The notes under the pieces are model-generated. The model had not been told where the DNA came from and searched no databases. It saw only the letters and a list, made by a program, of their open reading frames with translations. Below are positions 9,071 through 19,016 of a DNA stretch of 64,000 nucleotides, in pieces. This stretch comes from an uncultured virus (IMG/VR IMGVR_UViG_3300028591_000116). Taxonomy: Duplodnaviria > Heunggongvirae > Uroviricota > Caudoviricetes. The stretch lies in the IMG/VR virus record IMGVR_UViG_3300028591_000116; one strand, given 5' to 3'. The number at the start of each line of letters is the position of its first letter. Within the stretch, counting starts at the first letter, position 1. The position numbers were made by a program, and so were the translations under genes.

Positions 9071-9592
9071 TTAGAGAACTATAGCAGCGGCTGAAGCAGT
9101 TTGTTTAACTCTAACTACTATTTTCTTTTTAGGTGTAATTATTGGTTTCTTTCTAACAATTACAACCTTTTTGACCAGTTTTGGTTGTTCAGCAAGTTTA
9201 ACCTTCTGTTCTTCTTTGAGCTGTCTGATTTTATCATTATACAACTCAATATCAAGAGCATCAGCCTCAACTACTTTTACAGAATCTTTGTTAGTGAAAA
9301 CTTTTCTACCAGCAGCCATAAATACTATTTGCTTAGTAACATTTTCACTAGTTTCGTAAACACGCTTAAGATAGCGACATTCAATAGGACCGTAATAAAT
9401 ACAAGGTGTGTGATAATGATTGTCAGCTACGATAATCCATTCATCTCCCCAACCAGCTTTAAGATCAGTTTTGTTTCTAATCTTATCGATCCATTGAACT
9501 TTTACTACGATAATTCCTGATTCTGTGTTGAATCTGCGAATAACCTTTCCGATCAAGATATGATCAGCCATTTCAGTGTACATTTCCATCAT
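9071..9592 (-). CDS. hypothetical protein with basic C-terminal tail, probably early
   Basis: GGAGGG RBS; early-type motif at 9674-9687. Confidence 0.7.
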   Translation of the reverse strand: MMEMYTEMADHILIGKVIRRFNTESGIIVVKVQWIDKIRNKTDLKAGWGDEWIIVADNHYHTPCIYYGPIECRYLKRVYETSENVTKQIVFMAAGRKVFTNKDSVKVVEADALDIELYNDKIRQLKEEQKVKLAEQPKLVKKVVIVRKKPIITPKKKIVVRVKQTASAAAIVL

Positions 9593-9761
9593 ATGTACCC
9601 CTCCTAAATATTTTTTATTTAGGTCCCACCCTTATGCTTAGCACTGTAGAATAGTAACCCTTTCTCTATTAATAGAATATGTACGTCGAGACACTTGTTG
9701 TGTAAAAAACACATTTTTTGACATCATAATGATTTCGAACAAATGTATTGTGGAGGCTATT

Positions 9762-12700
9762 ATGTCCGAAACAAAGAAATATATATCAATTCCTACTATA
9801 GACGACTGTAAATTGCCTAATTCACTTATTCGTAAGTGTAGAGAGGTATATAGCCAATATGGTAAGTGGAAATTGTATGATCTTCTTAACGCGGATCTTA
9901 ATAATCATACTCTTTATAATAAAGAACAACGAGATAGATTTAAGAATATCGAATTAACTAGAAGATATCTTTATCTTTACAGAAAAGCCATGGCTGAAAC
10001 ACTCAGCTTTGCTTATAATGTAGATCAGACAGATCTTTTAGACGAAGAAGCTCTAGAATTTGATAATACAAACGTTTGTCCTTATTGTGGGAAACCTTTA
10101 ACTCTTTTAACACAGATAGGTTCTAAGAAAGGATTTCCTAAATCACACTTCAATGACGTTGTTAAAAAATACGATAAGCATGTGCTCTTTAATAAGGTAC
10201 CTGTTAGATCAGGCATTAATATTACTCTTTCTGAGTTTTTGGATAGCATAAATCCTGGTATTCAAGTAGGATATTCTTTTGCTTTCTGGTCATTCTATAA
10301 TTCTAATAAAACCAATCTTAGTGAATTATTAGTTAATCCAGATGATCCTACTATTAAAATTGATGAAGAAGATATTGCTGCTATGGATCCTGATTCAGTA
10401 TCAGCTTTACAACCTCAAGGTGATATCAATCTTTTTAAATTCTTGGATCGCAACAAGTATATTACAAACGAAGAAGGCGTTCAAGAATTAAATGAGAATT
10501 ATGGTAAGTTGACTGTTTATGCGGTATTTAAAAGCGATACCGACGTTGTGTATACTATAAACAGAATGGATCTTACAGTTTACGTAAATGATATTATCGA
10601 TATATATTCTTCATCACTGAAAGTCAACGATTCAAATGCATATAAACCTGCTTTTGAATTTTTAGGTGGAAACGACAAAGATATTCTGTATGATTTCAAT
10701 TATATGGTTATTGATACAGATTCTACATCGGATGTTCCATCTTATGTACCTGAAAACAATTATTCAGAAAATAGCGATAAGTTAGCAGTGGATTATGTCA
10801 ATGGTTCAAATATAGACGTTATTGTAGTTTATTCTGCTAAGAGCATGGACAAGAACGAATACACTTATGCTAACTGGGATATGACTATTAGGCAATTGGT
10901 TGTTCAGAACTTCAAAGAACCTGTTTTAAAAGACGTTGTATATCGTTCTAAGTTTGCAGAAGACGGAAAGACTATTATTCCTGAAGAAGGATCTGAAGAG
11001 GTTGTAGGTGTATATAACTTCTTCCATTGGTCTCTGTATGAAGAAGGAGATGTTTATATCCTTGATGATGATAACTCTAAGTCGTTATTAAGAAACATCA
11101 CTTCTATTCTTGATAATAACTCTATCACGGTATATGCTTTGTTTAAGTATGATATCAAAATCGGTACTTATGCTTATGATGACGATTGTTACAGTTCATT
11201 ATATCACCTTTATAAAGGCATAGATAAAGCGTATGCGGGATATACTGATCCCGATAACAGTTTTGTTTATGAATATAGAGTTAACGAATTATTTACTAGT
11301 TTAGTTACTGGTGAAGACGAACTTATCACTAAGAAAGATCATAAACGACTTCCATTAACTAGTAAGATAATGTATACAGCATCTGGTGATGCATATGAAT
11401 TACTTGATGTGAATTATGTCTACAAAGAAACTATTAATGGAAAAGAAACTGTTATTGATATTCCGTATAGAATAACTGCTGAAGAATACGAAGCCTTACC
11501 AGATGGATTATGTAGAGGTATTTATGATGAGCAACGAAGTAACGTTTCTTATCGTGGATATCCTGTTACTGCTGGAGCTGGTGGCGGCGGAATGCGTTAT
11601 GTTAAGAATAACAAAATCAGAGTTATTCGATATAATGCTATTAGTAATAACGGTGTATTAAGTGTAGAAAACGGTAGAAGAACTCAGCATTTCTCTAATA
11701 TGGGAGATACTGAGGTTGAACTCACATACACTACACCTGGTAATTTCGAAATTTGGTATTACTTACCTAGACATCTTTGGTACATCTATGATCCAGAGAT
11801 TGATGCTGATAGACTTAATGCTCTTCAGACAACTTGGGTATTTAACTCGGATCCTTTAAATGAAAGTAAATATAGAACTACTGAACCTGATTCTTCAGAA
11901 ATCGATCTTTATACTAGATTCGTTAGTGCTAAGATGATTACTCGAACTGAATATCTTACACTTACTTCTGAAAACAAACGTAATTGTGTTATTGATCGAA
12001 TTTATTACGAACATCAGTGGGAAAATGAAACTTGGAATGAAACCGATCAATCAGGTAGAGTAATCGCTACGCATAATTACGAAATACAGGAAATCTTTAA
12101 CTGTAAGAGTATTTCTGAATATAACACGCAGGTTGGTACTTCTGACCTATCATTCGGTGTAGATACTAAATCTTATGCCGATATGACTAGAGAAACATTC
12201 AGAGTGTACCAATATCATGTATCTCTTGATAAGAACGTTGATACTTCTTCCGATTACAATCAAGATAATGAGATATCTTACGTAGAAAATGCTTGTGGAT
12301 TAGAGTTCAATGGTGATACTTGGCTGTTCCCTATAACTCGATCTAATCGAGAAAATTTCTTGAAACTTATTCTCGGAGCAGATACACAAGTAGTTAGAAA
12401 TGATTCTAGATTCTTAAGAAACGGAAAAACAATTTTTCTTACTCCTGATATATCGGATATTATAAATATTCCTGAAAACGAAACTTCTGCTGAAAAAGAA
12501 GCAAGAGAAGCATTATTAGATTATACTAGACTTAAACCAACTGATAATACTGGCGTTAACCAGTTGTATTACATATTGACTGGATTATGGAAATGTGTAA
12601 TGTTCACTAACGGTTATAGATTGGTTTATAGAGCCGGTGATAGAAATTGGCCTACTACTGGTGTAGAATCTGATTATGTAGCTAATGCTTGTAATGGAGA

Positions 12701-15700
12701 AATTCAGTTAAAAGATTTGGTTTACAAATACAATGCATCATTGCGTTTGGATATAGAACACTCTATAGATGAAACTAATAATCTGTATTACGTTCTTTTC
12801 AAGAATATCACTTTAATTTCTCCTGGTGCTTCTAATTACACATTCTATAACTCTAGTGAAGAAAATGTCGTTCTTGAAGATACAGTTGCTAGTATTGCTT
12901 ATACAACTAAGACAGATATTATTCCATTTGATGATTCAGTTCAATATGTGAAGTATTCTGATAAAGCAACTACTACATACGGTTACGGTTTGTCTTACAT
13001 GACACATCTTACAAAAGATACACTTAGATCTTACTTCACTGAAGATGCAGATAATAAAGCAAGACAATTCTTTGAAGAATTGAAAGCTAAACTTATAGAT
13101 CCCGAACAACCTGATTATTATGAAGAAAAGGTTGACGGAAACGGAAATACTTATTACGAGAAGACTGATAGAAACTTGAGGTATTATGATCTTAAAGATG
13201 TATCATACGATGATCTCGATGATTATCATTTGATTTCTCCTATCGTATTTACTAAAGATATTGATGGAGAGAATTTCGATGCTAAGAAAGAATACTTTAA
13301 GTTAGTAGACGATCGTTATGTTCCATTGGGATTAACTGGATACACTGTTGATAACAAAAACTATAAGATAACTGGTACATCGACACAATCATACATCAAA
13401 GGAGTTTATATAAAGCTTTGGTGGGAAGATATTTATGATCTTGTTACTGAAACTACTTTGATTAACGGAATTCAGATTGAAAAACTTAAAGCTCCTGAAT
13501 ACAATCAGATGTTGTATAGACCTGAAACAGATGTTGAACTTCAACTTAGACGCAATGAGTATTATGATACTTATGGTGTAAATCCTGTAACTGAAGAGAC
13601 TAAAAATACCAAGGTTATCGTTGAATTCAGCGGTAAACAAATACCATTTAGTCCAGAAGACGGATCTGATAGGATATACGAAAATAGTGTATATTCTAAA
13701 TGGGGTTCTTCGGCTGTAACTCTCGATAATGAATATCTTATATCTGGTGGATATCCAAATCCTTCTAGTAATATACGTACTGATGATCCTAGTGATAATC
13801 AGTTTATCGAAGAGAAAACAGAATTCTATGCAAACACTAGATCAATGAGAAGCTTATCTAAATCTTCAGTTTCTTATTCTGGCGATACACAATCTGTTAT
13901 TGAAAATAAAGAAGATGATTCTAATAGTACAATAAAAGATACTGATGTAAAAGAATTGGATGACCGTATTTGGTGGAACCAATTCAGTAAACGTCTTTCT
14001 GGTGAAGCTAAGAATATATTCATAACCGACTATGGTGTAAACTTTAGTGGCTGGATATGGACTGGTTGGAAAGAAGGTTATATTATAGACGGAGACAATA
14101 TTTTAGTTGGTGGAAACACTAAGAAAGTAGAAGGCGGTCTCATTGAAGCTTATCCGTTTGAATCTTCTAATAAAGCAAACTATGTAACTCAAGGATTCCA
14201 GCGTATTCTTTTCCCTAAGGATGTAAACTCTACATTTGAAACAGAACAATATGACACGACTGATGATGGTGTAATTAATACACACAACAGAGTTGAAGGT
14301 GACGGTTTAAGTTCAGAATTAGTTAATAGAATTGATTCTGAAACAGGTGAACCTTTAAGACTGCTAAGATACTGTAGTAATCAGTCTTGTGAAATGTATC
14401 TTAAACGTCTGGATAAACGCAAGTGGTCTTTCAGAAACAGAGATGTTGGTGTTCAGACTACAAACAGTTTGAATTCACTATACAACATTATGGCTCTTGA
14501 CGAGTATCTGCTTCCTATTGGAAAAGACGGATCTTTCAAGAATTATAAAGCTACTAAATTTGCTGCTACTGAACCTGATAAAACAGCTAAATTTGGTATA
14601 TCAGATGTACCTAAGTTAGTAACTGTTGAACCAGTAGACGAAAACAGTGTTGAATTCGGTGGTTGGACGCTTGACAAATATCCGTGGCATTACGGTGAAG
14701 ATGAAGCTACTAAACAGAAATATAATGAATACGTTCGTTATTATCTCCATCGTGGTGGTAATGCCCTTCCTGACCCATTCAGATTCGAATTTGAATGGAA
14801 GTATGCTACGAATGAATTCTCTAATACAAAAATGAGTGGTTACGGTAACGGTTCTAATTTAGACGATACCACAACTCAGCTTGATACAATAAAGCAAATA
14901 AGTCATAGAACTAAGAATAGAATAGTTCCTATGGAAACTAGATCTATTCCTGAATATCAGCAAAAATATCTGGATGTATTGTTCAATACTTTTGAAAACG
15001 TATTCATACAACTTAACACTAATTCTTCTCCTTATTCTTTATTCAGCCAAGAAGAGATTTATGTTATGAATGAGATTTTAATAGATCTATTCACATTCAA
15101 CAAAAACTCTGATTCAGAACACATGATGGACTTCGTTAAGTTTAAACTTGATATAGTTACTCTCATGAATGACATGACTGAATACGAATTTAATCTTGCT
15201 AATTATTGGCACGATGGAGATTACGAATATAACAAACAGTTACTTGAAGATTTCTATTCTAGAACACACGGATCTAGTTCAGTTGAGGGATTAAAAGATC
15301 TGTCAGATGTTGAATTTGAAAAAGCAATACTTGGTACTGATTTGAATGAAGACAATCCACAGACTATATTCCCATTCTATTCTTGTAAACTCACTAATGA
15401 TACTTGGGATAGATATGAAAATCATCCTGTTAGACGTATCATCATTAAACGAGAATACACGCCAACAAATAATATGACTGAACGTGAGATCATAAATACT
15501 GTGTGGGGTGGAGATCCTAGTTATACAGGATATAAGTTTATGGGTTGGTATAAAGATCAGCTTACATTTAATAAATATTATCCTGATACTAGTGAAGGAA
15601 CCACAGTAATTGCGGCAGGTCATAAATTCGTTGCTTATCTTAGATTTGATGCTGGAACTTATGTAAATGAAGAATTCGTTGCAGGAACTAACAATATTCT

Positions 15701-18080
15701 TGGAACGTTTGAAAAAGCATTAATCACTTTCGAAGAAGGAAACGACATTTATCTTTTGTTTGACGTAGAAGATATTCCTTCTAGAATATGGTATATTGGC
15801 GAAGATACAATTAAAGATAGTTTAAAACTTAGACTTTCTGAACTTCATGAAAAACTCATGTTGCCTACAGAGTTCATGTGTAGCTTGTTTAATTTTATTA
15901 TTGCTCCAAAGCGATACAATATAGTTGAATCTGAACGTGGCGAAATCACTAGTTTACTGGTTGATTCTGGTGTTATTACTACACCTTCTAGCAAAAATGT
16001 ATTGAGTATAACACGACCAGCAGATTATATTAGTTACAAAGATGCCGTAATTTCTAAATCTTGGAATATGGCTACTAATGAGGAAACTGGTAAGAGCGTT
16101 AAGGAACAGTATTATATTATCTACAATGATAATAAATTTGATGCTTATTCTTTCTTTAATGAGGGATGGATCAAAGACGTATATGGTGAAGAAAATGCCT
16201 CTGCTAAATTCCCACTGTTACGTGATACTGAAAACCCTATTACTCACAACTCTTCAGGTAACAATACTCTGTTGAATATCATACCGTTCTCTACTAAGAA
16301 ATACGAATCTGCGTTAGCTTTAGTTTACGATAAAGGTATATTACTTGTAAATCTTACAGGCATTCATACTAAGACTGAAGATACACAGTGGATTAAACTC
16401 GAAGATGGAAGTAAGATCTTATCTCCTGAAAAATTGTTTAGTTCTGCTTCTCTTTCTATAGTAGATTGTAAACTAGATGAGTATAACGGAAGCAATAACC
16501 TTATAATCATTTCAGACAACTCACAAATAGCTTCTTTTGATCTTGATGAAGAAAAGATTTATAATCCTAACGTTAATTATTTAGCGGGAGTAGGTTATGA
16601 AAAACTTAATTCTACTAGAGATAAACTTCCTATAACGTTTAAGAAAACTGATGGTGTTAATGGAAGATCTACTACTTCTTTAAGAAAAGGTAGAGCTATA
16701 ACTGTTGTTGGAGAATCAGCTGCTACACTTATAGGCGAAAATGAAGAAAGATATGTTGAAAAACGTGTAGGTTTAACTATATTAGCAGGAACTCTTAGTC
16801 CTAATCCTTCTGGTTACGACGGAGATCCTTGGATTCTTATGTCTAAATATGCTAATTCTGGTTTACCTGCTTCTCTTTCTGATATCAATTACGAAAAGTT
16901 GTTAGATGCTGATAAAGACAAATACAAAATACATCCTAAACTCACAGTACAGTATGCTTGGGATAATAGTCCATTAAAGAATTATTCTCCTGATCCTACT
17001 ATCGATTACGAGTATATAGATGTGTATACAGATGAGTTTGATCAGTATACTGAAGGTACTTTCAAGATTTATCATAATGGTAATCTTATTAGTAAGAACG
17101 TTTATTTTAGTTATACTGACGAATTAAGAAAAGAATGTAAGATCTACAAGATAATTTCTATCAATTATTCATTTGTACGATTGTCGTTCTCTAATACTGG
17201 TACTGGATTCTACGATGAAGAATTCGAAGCTAGACTTACTAAAGAAAAACCATTGTACGCTTTCTATTATAAAACTGGTGTTGAAGTAGATGAGCACTAT
17301 GGTTACAAAATACAAACCACAGAAAATATAGTTGATGGCAGAGATACAATTATGTCTGATGCTTTCGACGAATATTTAAAAACTGATGGTAACAATTCAA
17401 GTTCTACGGACTTCAATAAAGTAAAAGAAATACCCGGTTGGAAAATAGTAAATTCTTTCACAGATTATACCAAGAATGTTGTAGATAAACTCGATATTAT
17501 TGAAAATATCAAAAAAATATTCCCTATTGAAGGATACGTTAACAGTTCCACAGGAAAATACGTTTATCAATACATCATTTCCGACGGATATATTTCACAG
17601 TTGATTCAGTGGGTTGATGGAGAAATTCAAATACTCAGTGAATATAATTTTGACGATAATAATGAACTCTTATACGTTAAAAATATAGACAGTGACTTGT
17701 CTACATATATGATCTTTAAAAATCAAAGAATAGTTAAACTTGAGACATACGAGTATGTTCCAAACGAAATTTCTATTCCTAGAATGGATAAGATTAGTTT
17801 CTTTGTTAAGACTGATAATCCTAATGATGAAACAAGTATATCTTACGTAACAGAAGATAAACGATTAGTCAATGTCTTATTGAATAGTTCTATTGTTGAA
17901 GCTGACAACCCAACAATTTATAATGAGAAGTCGTTAAAAGACGCATTTGAGAATATCACGTCGTTAATTAACTGTGAGATTCAACAGACTGAACCTTTTA
18001 AATATGTGTCTAACTATAGACGTTGGCATGTGTTACCTGGAAATGATAAGTCTAAACTTATTGAAGCTCAAATAAACTAA
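9762..18080 (+). CDS. giant (~2770 aa) probable virion/tail-associated protein
   Basis: Uninterrupted ORF; GGAGG before ATG 9762; late-type motif 9720-9732; several 'F.xW...TVYA.FK' repeat-like segments; no catalytic motif recognised. Confidence 0.65.
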   Translation: MSETKKYISIPTIDDCKLPNSLIRKCREVYSQYGKWKLYDLLNADLNNHTLYNKEQRDRFKNIELTRRYLYLYRKAMAETLSFAYNVDQTDLLDEEALEFDNTNVCPYCGKPLTLLTQIGSKKGFPKSHFNDVVKKYDKHVLFNKVPVRSGINITLSEFLDSINPGIQVGYSFAFWSFYNSNKTNLSELLVNPDDPTIKIDEEDIAAMDPDSVSALQPQGDINLFKFLDRNKYITNEEGVQELNENYGKLTVYAVFKSDTDVVYTINRMDLTVYVNDIIDIYSSSLKVNDSNAYKPAFEFLGGNDKDILYDFNYMVIDTDSTSDVPSYVPENNYSENSDKLAVDYVNGSNIDVIVVYSAKSMDKNEYTYANWDMTIRQLVVQNFKEPVLKDVVYRSKFAEDGKTIIPEEGSEEVVGVYNFFHWSLYEEGDVYILDDDNSKSLLRNITSILDNNSITVYALFKYDIKIGTYAYDDDCYSSLYHLYKGIDKAYAGYTDPDNSFVYEYRVNELFTSLVTGEDELITKKDHKRLPLTSKIMYTASGDAYELLDVNYVYKETINGKETVIDIPYRITAEEYEALPDGLCRGIYDEQRSNVSYRGYPVTAGAGGGGMRYVKNNKIRVIRYNAISNNGVLSVENGRRTQHFSNMGDTEVELTYTTPGNFEIWYYLPRHLWYIYDPEIDADRLNALQTTWVFNSDPLNESKYRTTEPDSSEIDLYTRFVSAKMITRTEYLTLTSENKRNCVIDRIYYEHQWENETWNETDQSGRVIATHNYEIQEIFNCKSISEYNTQVGTSDLSFGVDTKSYADMTRETFRVYQYHVSLDKNVDTSSDYNQDNEISYVENACGLEFNGDTWLFPITRSNRENFLKLILGADTQVVRNDSRFLRNGKTIFLTPDISDIINIPENETSAEKEAREALLDYTRLKPTDNTGVNQLYYILTGLWKCVMFTNGYRLVYRAGDRNWPTTGVESDYVANACNGEIQLKDLVYKYNASLRLDIEHSIDETNNLYYVLFKNITLISPGASNYTFYNSSEENVVLEDTVASIAYTTKTDIIPFDDSVQYVKYSDKATTTYGYGLSYMTHLTKDTLRSYFTEDADNKARQFFEELKAKLIDPEQPDYYEEKVDGNGNTYYEKTDRNLRYYDLKDVSYDDLDDYHLISPIVFTKDIDGENFDAKKEYFKLVDDRYVPLGLTGYTVDNKNYKITGTSTQSYIKGVYIKLWWEDIYDLVTETTLINGIQIEKLKAPEYNQMLYRPETDVELQLRRNEYYDTYGVNPVTEETKNTKVIVEFSGKQIPFSPEDGSDRIYENSVYSKWGSSAVTLDNEYLISGGYPNPSSNIRTDDPSDNQFIEEKTEFYANTRSMRSLSKSSVSYSGDTQSVIENKEDDSNSTIKDTDVKELDDRIWWNQFSKRLSGEAKNIFITDYGVNFSGWIWTGWKEGYIIDGDNILVGGNTKKVEGGLIEAYPFESSNKANYVTQGFQRILFPKDVNSTFETEQYDTTDDGVINTHNRVEGDGLSSELVNRIDSETGEPLRLLRYCSNQSCEMYLKRLDKRKWSFRNRDVGVQTTNSLNSLYNIMALDEYLLPIGKDGSFKNYKATKFAATEPDKTAKFGISDVPKLVTVEPVDENSVEFGGWTLDKYPWHYGEDEATKQKYNEYVRYYLHRGGNALPDPFRFEFEWKYATNEFSNTKMSGYGNGSNLDDTTTQLDTIKQISHRTKNRIVPMETRSIPEYQQKYLDVLFNTFENVFIQLNTNSSPYSLFSQEEIYVMNEILIDLFTFNKNSDSEHMMDFVKFKLDIVTLMNDMTEYEFNLANYWHDGDYEYNKQLLEDFYSRTHGSSSVEGLKDLSDVEFEKAILGTDLNEDNPQTIFPFYSCKLTNDTWDRYENHPVRRIIIKREYTPTNNMTEREIINTVWGGDPSYTGYKFMGWYKDQLTFNKYYPDTSEGTTVIAAGHKFVAYLRFDAGTYVNEEFVAGTNNILGTFEKALITFEEGNDIYLLFDVEDIPSRIWYIGEDTIKDSLKLRLSELHEKLMLPTEFMCSLFNFIIAPKRYNIVESERGEITSLLVDSGVITTPSSKNVLSITRPADYISYKDAVISKSWNMATNEETGKSVKEQYYIIYNDNKFDAYSFFNEGWIKDVYGEENASAKFPLLRDTENPITHNSSGNNTLLNIIPFSTKKYESALALVYDKGILLVNLTGIHTKTEDTQWIKLEDGSKILSPEKLFSSASLSIVDCKLDEYNGSNNLIIISDNSQIASFDLDEEKIYNPNVNYLAGVGYEKLNSTRDKLPITFKKTDGVNGRSTTSLRKGRAITVVGESAATLIGENEERYVEKRVGLTILAGTLSPNPSGYDGDPWILMSKYANSGLPASLSDINYEKLLDADKDKYKIHPKLTVQYAWDNSPLKNYSPDPTIDYEYIDVYTDEFDQYTEGTFKIYHNGNLISKNVYFSYTDELRKECKIYKIISINYSFVRLSFSNTGTGFYDEEFEARLTKEKPLYAFYYKTGVEVDEHYGYKIQTTENIVDGRDTIMSDAFDEYLKTDGNNSSSTDFNKVKEIPGWKIVNSFTDYTKNVVDKLDIIENIKKIFPIEGYVNSSTGKYVYQYIISDGYISQLIQWVDGEIQILSEYNFDDNNELLYVKNIDSDLSTYMIFKNQRIVKLETYEYVPNEISIPRMDKISFFVKTDNPNDETSISYVTEDKRLVNVLLNSSIVEADNPTIYNEKSLKDAFENITSLINCEIQQTEPFKYVSNYRRWHVLPGNDKSKLIEAQIN

Positions 18081-18087
18081 CAATATT

Positions 18088-18116
18088 CTCTCCCTCATTA
18101 AGAGGGAGAGTTTTTT
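18088..18116 (+). terminator. intrinsic terminator
   Basis: ctctccctc-attaa-gagggagag followed by T6. Confidence 0.85.
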
Positions 18117-18154
18117 AATCTATTAAAAACTATATTTGTATATACTTTATATTG

Positions 18155-18904
18155 AGTGGAGTATACTTTATGTGTGGTAGGTATATTTCTGCATGGTAGG
18201 AAATTGTTATCTTACACCAAGATAGCTGTTAGATACCAGTGATGAGTATAATTTGGTCAGGTGAATTGATGACTGGGTTATATGTGGATTTTCACAAAAT
18301 CGTGCGAGTTATAGACTTCTCGTAAATTCCAGAAATAAAAGAAGGGCACGTCATGTTAGGTCGATTCCGTCACTTCCAACAGTGGGTAAGACCGAGTATT
18401 GATTAGTGTACAGTGAAAGTTCGAAACTGAGAGTGGACAAAGTGCGTAGCAATTGGATGAAACTCTCTAGCGGTCAACGGATTTCGGTCTAGTTTGGGTG
18501 CAGTACAACATATATAGCTTACATATAATTTTAACGTGGGATAGCAAAATGGAAGAAGGTACTGATTGACTTTGGTAGATACATGTGGTGTTATGTATTT
18601 ATTGAGGAACATGTATACACAATATTATTGATAGACTTCAACACTATTGAGAAGAAAAAAGGAAAATCTCAATGCTAGATATAGCCGAACGGTTGTGGTT
18701 ATAACGTACCGCAATAGTGGTTGAGCAACCCACACTCACCTTATCAGCAACCAAAACCCTGTCGTCAGCCATCAGTGTCTTAGCTCAGACAAAAATAAGA
18801 GGAGGCTGAGGTCACCATTAGGAGGATTGATAAAGATTCCTATCGTGGTGTAACAATACCAGAACTTTGGGAGGGTCTTAGACCCTCCTGTCATTTTTTT
18901 TTTT
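18155..18904 (+). ncRNA. candidate large structured non-coding RNA (~750 nt), family unassigned
   Basis: No credible ORF, higher G content than flanks, many local helices, terminal hairpin 18870-18888 then a long T run; 5' end approximate. Confidence 0.5.
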
Positions 18905-19016
18905 GAATTCTTTAATCCTAATTTATTTATATATTTCTAAAAATAACTGGACACGATTATGAAAAACATATAGTATTTTTCACTCGTAGAAAGTAACTAT
19001 ATTTAAGGAGATTTCA

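Noticed and set aside
18403..18612. 69-aa minus-strand ORF in the non-coding region
   Set aside because: No RBS, atypical composition, antisense to the structured candidate RNA.
18155..18904. tRNA cluster, group II intron, or guide RNA for the cassette anchors
   Set aside because: No cloverleaf with a proper T-arm found, no convincing domain V, no interrupted flanking gene, and complementarity to the anchors is only about 6 nt (chance level).
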